Assembly (NCBI GenBank): GCA_949290515.1
Contig: CASERZ010000002.1
Span: 75,221-139,220, forward strand
Origin: an uncultured Christensenella sp.
GTDB taxonomy: Bacteria > Bacillota > Clostridia > Christensenellales > UBA3700
Length of the DNA stretch: 64,000 nucleotides
Direction of reading: 5' to 3'
A model generated the notes under the pieces. That model was not told the origin of the DNA, did no database searches, and worked only from the letters and a program-made list of their open reading frames with translations. Below, one piece after another: positions 30,376 through 38,868 of this stretch. The translations under genes and the position numbers were made by a program. Numbering within the stretch: position 1 is the stretch's first letter; each line of letters begins with the position of its first letter.

Positions 30376-30404
30376 TTGACAAAATTTACATTTTTTTATA
30401 AAAT
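30376..30404 (+). promoter_or_regulatory. Promoter TTGACA-17-TAAAAT placed 6 nt before the dgt-like ATG
   Basis: The -35 is at 30376-30381, the -10 at 30399-30404 and the ATG at 30411. No SD lies in between. Confidence 0.5.
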
Positions 30405-30410
30405 GTAATT

Positions 30411-31415
30411 ATGGAAAACGTAAGACTTCATATATGCAAATTAGAGCGCGAAACGCTCAGCAAATACGCTACTCTCTCTGAGAACACCAAAGGCAGACTG
30501 AGAGAATGCGAGCCGTGCGATTTGAGAAGCGAATTTCAGCGCGACAGAGACAGAATTCTGCACTGCAAATCATTCAGAAGACTAAAGCACAAAACACAGG
30601 TATTTCTCTCCCCCGAAGGGGACCATTACCGCACGCGACTTACGCACACTCTCGAAGTATCGCAGATAGGACGAACGATTGCGCGCGCACTGCGTCTTAA
30701 CGAAGACCTCGTGGAAGCCATAGCTTTAGGACACGATTTGGGACACACTCCTTTCGGACACGCGGGAGAGAGAAAACTCAATGAACTCGTGCAAGGCGGC
30801 TTTGTGCATTCTCTTCAATCGAGACGCGTAGTCGACCTTCTCGAAAACAACGGCAAAGGTATCAATCTCACCTTTGAAGTGCGCGACGGCATAGCAAATC
30901 ACAAATACAATGACAAACCCGCGACTTTAGAAGGAGAGATTGTCAAATATGCCGACAGATTCGCCTATATCAATCACGATATCGAGGACGCCGTAAGAGG
31001 CAACGTCATAAGCGAAGACAGTCTTCCTAAAGACTGTATCGACGTATTAGGCGCGACTAAGTCCGACCGCATAAACAATATGATACGCGATATAGTGGAA
31101 TACAGCTGGGATAAACCTTTTATCAAGCAATCCCCCGAATTCGAAGAAGCAACGGAAAAACTGCATACCTTTATGTTTGAAGAGGTCTATCTCAATCCCA
31201 AAGCAAAATCTCAGGAAGTAAAGGCGGTCAAGATGATAGAACTCATATTCGGTTTTTATCTCAACAACCTCGACAAACTTCCCGACTTTTACAAATCGCT
31301 TCTGAAAGACTACCCCGCCGACAGAGTGGTATGCGACTATATCGCATCTTTTACCGACAGATATTGTATCAAAGTATTTCAAAAGTTATTCGTGCCCGAC
31401 GAGTGGAATATCTGA
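30411..31415 (+). CDS. dGTPase-like HD-domain triphosphohydrolase
   Basis: 334 aa with FQRDRDRILHCKSFRRLKHKTQVF, RLTHTLEVSQIGR and GHDLGHTPFGH. Confidence 0.9.
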   Translation: MENVRLHICKLERETLSKYATLSENTKGRLRECEPCDLRSEFQRDRDRILHCKSFRRLKHKTQVFLSPEGDHYRTRLTHTLEVSQIGRTIARALRLNEDLVEAIALGHDLGHTPFGHAGERKLNELVQGGFVHSLQSRRVVDLLENNGKGINLTFEVRDGIANHKYNDKPATLEGEIVKYADRFAYINHDIEDAVRGNVISEDSLPKDCIDVLGATKSDRINNMIRDIVEYSWDKPFIKQSPEFEEATEKLHTFMFEEVYLNPKAKSQEVKAVKMIELIFGFYLNNLDKLPDFYKSLLKDYPADRVVCDYIASFTDRYCIKVFQKLFVPDEWNI

Positions 31416-31595
31416 ATACACAACTCCTTATTAGCGAGATACCGACCGGGATTTTATTAAAAATCAAATACGTTTATTCAAAATACAAAGCAGGCTTTTA
31501 ACATATATTCATTTTATCCTTTTATATTATCAATCAAACATAACTTAGCTATTTTTTACCTTTCTATGAAGTACTTTATGTTAGACCGATAAACA

Positions 31596-32636
31596 TTATT
31601 TGTCGGATTTATCCGAAAAGCTTTTATCCTTTTTCTCTTCCTCTGAAGCTGTTTTGTTTTCCTTATCTCTCTGCTTTTCTGACTTTTTGTCTTGCTCCCA
31701 AAGTTCCTTTTCCTTCTCTTCGAAAGTCTCCTCTTGCTTTTCCTCCCCGAAGTAGGGATTTACGTGTATAGCGATATGTCTTACTTCCTTGAAATCCTGT
31801 TCTATCTTATCGTGCACTCTCTCTGCAATGGCGTGAGCGTCGACGATATTCAAAGAGCTGTCCACGGCTATCTCCGCGTCTACGTAAATAATCGAACCGG
31901 ATATTCTCGTCTTGAGCACGTCTATATTCTTGACGTCTTCATCATCGTCAATCGTCTTGTAAATCTTACTGACAAGCTCTTCGGGAGCGGCATGGTCGGT
32001 AAGCTGTTTGATTACGACTTTGACTATATCGTACGACACTTTTATAATCAATACTGCGATAAGCAAAGTCGCAATGCCTTCGAGCACGAGCGCGCCGAGT
32101 ATCGCGCCCAAAATACCTACAAAGCTTGCAACTGACGAAAAAGCGTCCGAGCGGTGATGCCATGCGTCGGCTTTAAGAGCCTGCGAGTCGAGCTTTTTAG
32201 CGTAATATATCGTATACCAATACATTCCCTCTTTTACCACAATGGACACGATAGCTGCCACAAGCGCAATATAAGAAGGCTTGACGAATTCGCCCTTAGT
32301 AGCGGATATGATGCTCTGTATTCCCGCATAACCCAAAGCGAGCGCTGTCGCAAAAAGCATCATTGCTAGAATTACAGAAGCGATGTTTTCGAATTTGTCG
32401 TGGCCGTAATTATGGTCTCTGTCCTCGCTCTTGACGGCAATACGCGCGCCTATGAGCACTATAAACGTACTCAAAACGTCGCTCGCCGAGTGTACTGCGT
32501 CGGATACCATTGCCGTAGAGTTGCCCACAATACCGGCGACAAACTTGCCTATCGACAAAATAAGATTTACTACAATCGTAACGATTGCCACTTTATTGAT
32601 AATTTTTACAGCGTTAATTTTATCGTTTACAAGCAT
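31596..32636 (-). CDS. Cation diffusion facilitator family transporter
   Basis: 346 aa with a CDF signature region (STAMVSDAVHSASDV...HNYGHDKFE), 6 TM segments and a cytoplasmic domain. It has a charged Lys/Glu-rich tail. Confidence 0.88.
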   Translation of the reverse strand: MLVNDKINAVKIINKVAIVTIVVNLILSIGKFVAGIVGNSTAMVSDAVHSASDVLSTFIVLIGARIAVKSEDRDHNYGHDKFENIASVILAMMLFATALALGYAGIQSIISATKGEFVKPSYIALVAAIVSIVVKEGMYWYTIYYAKKLDSQALKADAWHHRSDAFSSVASFVGILGAILGALVLEGIATLLIAVLIIKVSYDIVKVVIKQLTDHAAPEELVSKIYKTIDDDEDVKNIDVLKTRISGSIIYVDAEIAVDSSLNIVDAHAIAERVHDKIEQDFKEVRHIAIHVNPYFGEEKQEETFEEKEKELWEQDKKSEKQRDKENKTASEEEKKDKSFSDKSDK

Positions 32637-32669
32637 AATATAAAAACGTACAAAACGTATGAAAACTCG

Positions 32670-33377
32670 TCAAATCAAAGCGTAGTTTTCCAGATTCTTT
32701 TTAATTTCGCGCATATAAGACTGCACGGGTTTGTAATTTTTTGCTACAGCACAAAGTCCTATCCAGCATACCTTGACCATCTTTGCTCTCGACAATTCGA
32801 AAGAATAATAAAATCCGTCCAGTATGGTGAGCAAATCGTCTCTAAGTTTGTCGGAGATATGTGCGTCGGCTTCGACTATCTCAATCATTTTCGACACGCA
32901 GGGCATCACGCTTTCTTTTGCGTAGTCGTCTACGGCTACGTCCTCTTCCGCATCGAGTACGGTCTCTTTATAGTCGAGAATACCGCCGAAAGCTCTGGCA
33001 TATCCTGCAAGCACCGTAAAACAAAATCTCTGATAACAAGCTTCGTAATCGTCCATTTTGTAGTACTTGATGAGGAATCTGTCCATATCTATGTTGCCTC
33101 TGTCGAAGTCGTACAAGAGCGCAGTTACTACCGCAACGACCGCCATAGGATTGGTAGGCATATTGATTGTATCGTCGCCTATAAACCTGAAGTACTCGTC
33201 TTTGAATTTTATACTCTGGTTGCACTTGGCTACGTAATTGTAAAGACAAGGCGTATTGGCAATAAATCTCAGCATATTCTTTATCGCCGTAGTGGACAGA
33301 ATATATTTTGACCTTGCGATTTTATCGCAATAGTCTATCAGTATATTATATGCTTTCTGAGGTGCAAGTTCCGCCAT
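32670..33377 (-). CDS. Hypothetical protein
   Basis: 235 aa with helical composition. AAGGAG lies 8 nt upstream. No family recognised. Confidence 0.6.
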   Translation of the reverse strand: MAELAPQKAYNILIDYCDKIARSKYILSTTAIKNMLRFIANTPCLYNYVAKCNQSIKFKDEYFRFIGDDTINMPTNPMAVVAVVTALLYDFDRGNIDMDRFLIKYYKMDDYEACYQRFCFTVLAGYARAFGGILDYKETVLDAEEDVAVDDYAKESVMPCVSKMIEIVEADAHISDKLRDDLLTILDGFYYSFELSRAKMVKVCWIGLCAVAKNYKPVQSYMREIKKNLENYALI

Positions 33378-33504
33378 ATCGCCGTCTCCTTGTATATTTT
33401 AAAATATTATACATCAAACGCTGAAAAATATCAAGTTAATATATAATATTAAACGCACAATAAAGCAATACTTGTCGATTAAACGATAAATATGCCCCTA
33501 ACGC

Positions 33505-33533
33505 TTGAAAATAACATAATAATGTTATATAAT
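33505..33533 (+). promoter_or_regulatory. Promoter TTGAAA-17-TATAAT for the HPr-like operon
   Basis: The -35 is at 33505-33510 and the -10 at 33528-33533. Confidence 0.55.
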
Positions 33534-33600
33534 AAATTTAATTAACCAATTAACAGCGGAAAAAATTTTTTGTAGAATATATAAGTTATCAGGAGCGAAA

Positions 33601-33837
33601 ATGAAATCTATTACATTATTACTCAACACCACAGAGAGCGTAAAATCCTTTGTCAATACGATATCGCGTTTTGACTACGATATGGATTTGAGATGCGGAA
33701 GATACGTGGTAGACGCCAAGTCCATACTCGGCATTTTTTCCCTCGACCTCAACCGCCCCGTCGTCCTCGAAGTACACAGCGACGAATGCGACGACCTCAT
33801 CGAAAGTATCAAAAAATACATTTCCGACGCGGAGTAA
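33601..33837 (+). CDS. HPr-like protein lacking the His15 site (Crh-like)
   Basis: 78 aa that aligns with HPr. The Ser46 region is conserved (VDAKSILGIFSL). The His15/Arg17 region is replaced (NTTESVKSF). Confidence 0.7.
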   Translation: MKSITLLLNTTESVKSFVNTISRFDYDMDLRCGRYVVDAKSILGIFSLDLNRPVVLEVHSDECDDLIESIKKYISDAE

Positions 33838-33841
33838 TCTT

Positions 33842-34360
33842 ATGTTGGACAACGCGACCGTAAACAAACTAATACTTCTCTACGCCCTTGACAAAATGGA
33901 AGTACCGCTTCAGGAGGGCGTTATTTTGGATATGGTCACGGAAAACAACTGGCTGGGATATATGGATTGCAAGGTTGCGCTATGCGACCTAATAAAAAAC
34001 AATCTCATTACAAACGTAGCCACAAAGGGCTGCAATCCCAGATACGCAATCACGAGCGATTCGAGAGAGGGGCTTAAGCATTATTATATCAATATCCCCT
34101 CTTCTCTAAGAGAAAACATAGCCGAAGTAATAAAACAGAACAAATTCAAATACAGAAAAAAGCAGGACTATTTTTCCGACTACTACAAAAACAACGACGG
34201 CACCTATACTGTAATTCTCAAAATCGAAAGCGCGACTGCGCCTCTTATGGAATTAAAACTCGTCGTGCAAAACCGCAACAACGCAAAATGGCTCTTTAAA
34301 AACTGGGGTGACAAAGCGTCGACGATATACGAATTTATTCTCGAAAATCTGGTAGAATAA
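33842..34360 (+). CDS. Hypothetical protein, DUF4364-like (tentative)
   Basis: 172 aa starting 4 nt after the HPr-like stop. The family assignment is from memory of N-terminal pattern and length only. Confidence 0.55.
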   Translation: MLDNATVNKLILLYALDKMEVPLQEGVILDMVTENNWLGYMDCKVALCDLIKNNLITNVATKGCNPRYAITSDSREGLKHYYINIPSSLRENIAEVIKQNKFKYRKKQDYFSDYYKNNDGTYTVILKIESATAPLMELKLVVQNRNNAKWLFKNWGDKASTIYEFILENLVE

Positions 34361-34522
34361 TAATAAATTCGGTAAACCTGCACCGCTGCTGAAAAGCGCA
34401 TAAAGAATATCAAAATCGCATTTTCGGCGTTATGAAGTAAATCCTTTACAATATGGCCTTTACAATATGATAAAATAATATTTTATATAAATATAAAGAA
34501 AACAAAAATAAATAAAAAAAAC

Positions 34523-34552
34523 AAAAGGTCGGTTAACCCGACCTTTTTATTT
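34523..34552. terminator. Bidirectional terminator between convergent genes
   Basis: AAAA-GGTCGG-TTAAC-CCGACC-TTTTTATTTT. Confidence 0.65.
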
Positions 34553-34594
34553 TCCAATTCAACTGAAGATTTAATTTTCCGTATCTTAAATCTT

Positions 34595-36097
34595 TCAGTT
34601 CAAATCTGTTGCAACATTAGTTTCTCCGCTTTTATCGTCCGCCGACTTGAGCTTTTCAACGTCTACGACTATCTCCTCTTTGGGGTCAATGAGATTTTTA
34701 CTCTTCAGCTCTTGCTCGTTGACTATCTCCATTACCGCAAACATCATAGTCATAAACAACATAAAAGGAAGAGGACAAAAATCTCCGGGATTTACGCAAG
34801 CCATAAGCTCAAACCCTATGAATGCTATAAGCATAGTATCGTTGAAATTGCTGCGATACTTTTTAGCGCGCATAGTGTAAACTCTCATAACGAATTGATA
34901 GGTATATGCTATCACGCCCACAAGTCCCATCGAACCTATGATTTGGAAAGGAGTAGAGTGATACCAGTACATTCCGCCCTCTTTGGGATTATAGCCTACA
35001 CCGCCGTCATACGCAAGTCCGGTACCGAATATCGGAGATTTGCTGAAACATTCAATCGCGTGAGCAAAAAGCTTTACTCTCGCTTCGTCCTTGCTTATGT
35101 GAAGTATCGAACTCAGACTGCTCCACGCCGCTATTATAAAAGCTACTCCGGCTACTGCGCATACCGACGTTATGGCAATCATTATCTTTTTCATTTTTCC
35201 CTTGCATACCACGCAAAGATAAATAAAACTTATCGCGAGCTCGATTGTACCCATTAAAATGCCGCCTCTTGAAAGAATAAGCATCAAAAATACATACTGC
35301 ACAATCATAAAAGCAAACATAAGCAGAGGTCGCTTGTTGCGTCTTATATAGTACATAGGGAAAGGCATTGTCCACAGCATAATCGCAGACAGGTTGTTGG
35401 ACAATCCTTGCGCGAATTTGCTGTACTGAAACTGCTCGAGCTCCTTGCCGATTCCGTATTTTCTGAATATGTCGATGAATCCGCCTATATTCTCGAGATA
35501 CTGAGTAAACATCATTATTACGGCAAAAAGTCCTATATACAGCATAAGCTGTACGAAGTACTCCTTGAGGTCGTATTTTCTTCTTGCGTTGATATAAGAC
35601 CTGAACAATACGTAAAGCAACAGCTGTCCGAATCCCAATCCTATAACGTAGTACATAGCCATTCCGCTGAAGTACTGTTTGAAGGACAGCGAAAACGCTC
35701 CGCCGAAAGTGATTGCTATGGATACAGCCAGCATAGGCCAAAACATAGTATCGATTACTATCTTTTTACGGTAGAAAATGAAGTGGAATATTACTGCCAA
35801 CGCGGGAGGTATTACGAAAGGAGCCACGGGCATCCAACCGCTGAAGCTGTCGTACAGTCTCAAAATATGCATAATCATAAGCATAAACGGTAACGCCGTA
35901 GGCATAATGTCGTCACTGAAGATGAGTACTAATCCTATAACGTAGGCCAAAAACAATGCACCTATGATTTCAAAGTGAAAAATATAACTTATAGTCGCTA
36001 CCGCGATTACGAAAAAGTTGTAATATTTTGAAAACAGAAAACTGCGGATATCTCCCACAATCTGTCTTAACTGTCTGTGCGTAGTTTCGTTAAGCAT
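34595..36097 (-). CDS. O-antigen ligase/polymerase-like membrane protein
   Basis: 500 aa with about 12 TM segments and a Wzy_C-like central region. The call rests on overall pattern, not a strict motif. Confidence 0.65.
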   Translation of the reverse strand: MLNETTHRQLRQIVGDIRSFLFSKYYNFFVIAVATISYIFHFEIIGALFLAYVIGLVLIFSDDIMPTALPFMLMIMHILRLYDSFSGWMPVAPFVIPPALAVIFHFIFYRKKIVIDTMFWPMLAVSIAITFGGAFSLSFKQYFSGMAMYYVIGLGFGQLLLYVLFRSYINARRKYDLKEYFVQLMLYIGLFAVIMMFTQYLENIGGFIDIFRKYGIGKELEQFQYSKFAQGLSNNLSAIMLWTMPFPMYYIRRNKRPLLMFAFMIVQYVFLMLILSRGGILMGTIELAISFIYLCVVCKGKMKKIMIAITSVCAVAGVAFIIAAWSSLSSILHISKDEARVKLFAHAIECFSKSPIFGTGLAYDGGVGYNPKEGGMYWYHSTPFQIIGSMGLVGVIAYTYQFVMRVYTMRAKKYRSNFNDTMLIAFIGFELMACVNPGDFCPLPFMLFMTMMFAVMEIVNEQELKSKNLIDPKEEIVVDVEKLKSADDKSGETNVATDLN

Positions 36098-36112
36098 AAC
36101 CTATTCCCTGAA

Positions 36113-36271
36113 TTACCAGTCTTCTCTACGGTCGATTTTTATATCCGTATAAAATTCCTTGTATTTTCTCTTGAAGATTTCGTTGTCCGTAGCGTAATTC
36201 TGCGCTGCAAGCAAATCCTCTTCGTCGTACATCTCAGAGCAGTCTTCGTCGTACTGCTCGGCTTTTTTCAT
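36113..36271 (-). CDS. Possible small acidic protein (52 aa)
   Basis: Not in the ORF track because it is under 60 aa. Translation: MKKAEQYDEDCSEMYDEEDLLAAQNYATDNEIFKRKYKEFYTDIKIDRREDW. It starts 10 nt after the hprK stop. No clear SD. Confidence 0.3.
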   Translation of the reverse strand: MKKAEQYDEDCSEMYDEEDLLAAQNYATDNEIFKRKYKEFYTDIKIDRREDW

Positions 36272-36281
36272 TTTTTCGTAG

Positions 36282-37232
36282 TTATTCATCGAGATTCGTC
36301 CTCTTCTTCAAGTCCTCGAGTGCGTTGTATCCCATTTTTTTGAGCAAGTAGTTTCTCGTAGCTACTTCGACTATTACCGCAATGTTTCTTCCCGGCATAA
36401 CGGGTATGTTTATCTGAGGAAGCGAAATTCCGAGAATTTCACACGTATTATCCATAGACCCCAGTCTGTCGTAATCGGCAAGGTCATTGATTTTGTCGAG
36501 CCTGATTACAAGGTCTATAAATTCGCTTTCCAGCACCGCGCCTACGCCGTACATATTCTTGATGTCTATTATTCCCAGTCCCCTTACTTCCATAAAATAC
36601 TTTATGTTTTCGGGAGCTTTTCCCACGAGTTCGTTACGCACTCTCTTGACGCATACCGCGTCGTCCGCTATAATTCTGTGTCCTCTGTTGATGAGTTCGA
36701 TAGCCGTTTCGCTCTTACCCATACCGCTGTGCCCCGTGAGCAACACTCCGACGCCGTTTATATCCAAAAGCGTGCCGTGTACCATCTCCGTCTGCGCAAG
36801 CAGATTGTCAAGATAGTTGCCAAGTTCGTGCATTAGCCACGTAGTAGTCATATCCGAACGCAAAAGAGGTACGTTATGCTTAGAGGCAAGTTCGAGCTCC
36901 ATCTCCGAAGGACGGATACCGCGCGCATAGATTATGCAAGGTATCTTCTGTACCAAAAGTCTTTTGAGTGCCTTTTGCTTTTCCTCGTAACTCAAAGACG
37001 CGAGATAATAATGTTCTGCATTGCCTACAACCTGTATTCGGCTGTTGCCGAAGTAGTTTTCAAATCCCGCAAGCAATAGTCCGGGTCTGTTGACCAGTAC
37101 CGACTTGAAAGTAATATCTCCGTCAGCTTTTCCGCACAAAAGCTCGAGGTCGCATTCTTTACAGAATTCGCCCAGTTTTACAGTCTGAGAAACCGCCTCT
37201 TCGTTTTGGTCGAAATGCTTATTCATTCTCAT
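36282..37232 (-). CDS. hprK: HPr kinase/phosphorylase
   Basis: 316 aa with the P-loop GHSGMGKSETAIEL and signature EVRGLGIIDI. An alternative start ATG at 37226 has better SD spacing. Confidence 0.95.
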   Translation of the reverse strand: MRMNKHFDQNEEAVSQTVKLGEFCKECDLELLCGKADGDITFKSVLVNRPGLLLAGFENYFGNSRIQVVGNAEHYYLASLSYEEKQKALKRLLVQKIPCIIYARGIRPSEMELELASKHNVPLLRSDMTTTWLMHELGNYLDNLLAQTEMVHGTLLDINGVGVLLTGHSGMGKSETAIELINRGHRIIADDAVCVKRVRNELVGKAPENIKYFMEVRGLGIIDIKNMYGVGAVLESEFIDLVIRLDKINDLADYDRLGSMDNTCEILGISLPQINIPVMPGRNIAVIVEVATRNYLLKKMGYNALEDLKKRTNLDE

Positions 37233-38046
37233 TGTCTCCGAGACAGAATTTTTGTATTACTTTCGCAACGCCGTCATTGTCGTTGCTGTCTGCAATATAA
37301 TCTGCTACTTCTTTTACCTTGGGCATAGCGTTTGCCATCGCAACTCCCAGTCCGGCAGTCTTTATCATAGCAATATCGTTTTCGCTGTCGCCGAGGGAAA
37401 TGGTATCTTCGGTATTTATGCCGTATTTGTCGCAAAGCCATTTTACGGCAAGTCCCTTGTCTATGCCCTTAGTCATTATCTCTACGATAAAACTGTGCGA
37501 GCGCATAAACGCCAAATCGGGAAATCTCCTTATTCCCTCTTCGCTGAAAGCGTCGCAGTATTTGCTGTCCATAAGTACAAGCACCTTTACGGGCAAGTGT
37601 TCGCTCTGCTTAACGTATTGAGACAGAGGTATTTTAGTCTCCTTGTATCCTATGTTGCATATAGTGACGAATTCCTTGACATAGTCATTGAATTCTCTGC
37701 AATGGCATATATCGTCGATATACACTATAGGCACGTATTCGTCTCCCAGCGACTCAACGTACTCGAGAGCCTTTACGGCTTGTTCTCTTTTGAAGTATTG
37801 ACCGAAAATCTGAGTTTTCGTCTTGATATCGTATACTCCCGCACCCTGATATACTATTACGTCTCCGTCGAGATTCATCTCAACAAGCTTAGGGTATATA
37901 GCGGAAAACAGTCTTCCCGTAGAGACTACGAATTTGCCGCCTTTTTTTACGTATTGCGCTATTGTATCTTTATTTACTTGCGATATTCTGTGGTCCTCGG
38001 TATATATCGTACCGTCAAAATCGCAAAAGATTGCCTTGTATTTCAT
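37219..38046 (-). CDS. Cof-type HAD-IIB phosphatase
   Basis: 275 aa from ATG 38046 (MKYKAIFCDFDGTIY) with a C-terminal GDSENDIAM motif. The track's TTG-extended start is unlikely. Confidence 0.85.
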   Translation of the reverse strand: MKYKAIFCDFDGTIYTEDHRISQVNKDTIAQYVKKGGKFVVSTGRLFSAIYPKLVEMNLDGDVIVYQGAGVYDIKTKTQIFGQYFKREQAVKALEYVESLGDEYVPIVYIDDICHCREFNDYVKEFVTICNIGYKETKIPLSQYVKQSEHLPVKVLVLMDSKYCDAFSEEGIRRFPDLAFMRSHSFIVEIMTKGIDKGLAVKWLCDKYGINTEDTISLGDSENDIAMIKTAGLGVAMANAMPKVKEVADYIADSNDNDGVAKVIQKFCLGDNENE

Positions 38047-38140
38047 ACCTATTATAATAATATACTTATTAACAAAAGTAAAGCGTTTTTGTTCTTTTAT
38101 ACCGTCGAGGAGCAACGCTCACTGTCTTTAAACGCACCTT

Positions 38141-38867
38141 TTCCGCAATTTACTTTTCGTCGTCCTCGTAATACGGCAAGTATTACTTCCTCCTTCTTAA
38201 AGCAAATTATCGAAAAATTTGCTGTCTAAAGCCTAGCTCGCATTACTCATCGACGGTATTATTCTTGGTTAGTTATGCTACCCGACTTGCCCATATTTAT
38301 TATAAGTTGCTGATTGTACCTAAGCCCGCCCCCGCTTCTCGATGGTATAAATTCGGGATTGTCATTCTGTCGGACTTGCCTATTTATAAGACAAACGGAT
38401 TATTGTAAATTTTATTCTCTTTGCCGCATTTTACTTTTCGTCGTCCCCGTAATACGGCAAGTATTACTTCCTCCTTATCGCAATACCGTTACAAAACGGA
38501 AAGGATAAGCCGTATTCATACGGTGCACGGCAATTTGAGAGTAGCAGATTGCGGTTATTATGAGGCGAGGTGCGACGGCAATACTTGCTGTATTGTCGAG
38601 TGCCTCAACAAAATAATAGCCATAAGATGCGCATCTCAAATCTTATCCGCACCGTTGAGTATCGGTACAAACAAAATATCGAAAAATTTGCTGTCTAAAG
38701 CCTAGCTCGCATTACTCATCGGCGGTATTATTCTTGGTTAGTTATGCTACCCGACTTGCCTATATTTATTATAAGTTGCTGATTGTACCTAAGCCCGCCC
38801 CGCTTCTCGATGGTATAAATTCGGGAAGTTATTCTGTCGGTCTTACCTATTTATAAGACAAGCGGAT
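38141..38867. repeat. Nested direct repeats with architecture A1-B1-A2-(201-nt insert)-B2
   Basis: Element A is at 38141-38195 and 38421-38476. Element B is at 38209-38400 and 38678-38867. B is itself two diverged ~90-nt half-units. See findings. Confidence 0.85.
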
Positions 38868-38868
38868 A

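Noticed and set aside
38421-38705. 94-aa plus-strand ORF across A2 and the insert
   Set aside because: It has no RBS. The A1 copy is read in a different context (the tail of a shadow ORF). The frame is not conserved between repeat copies.
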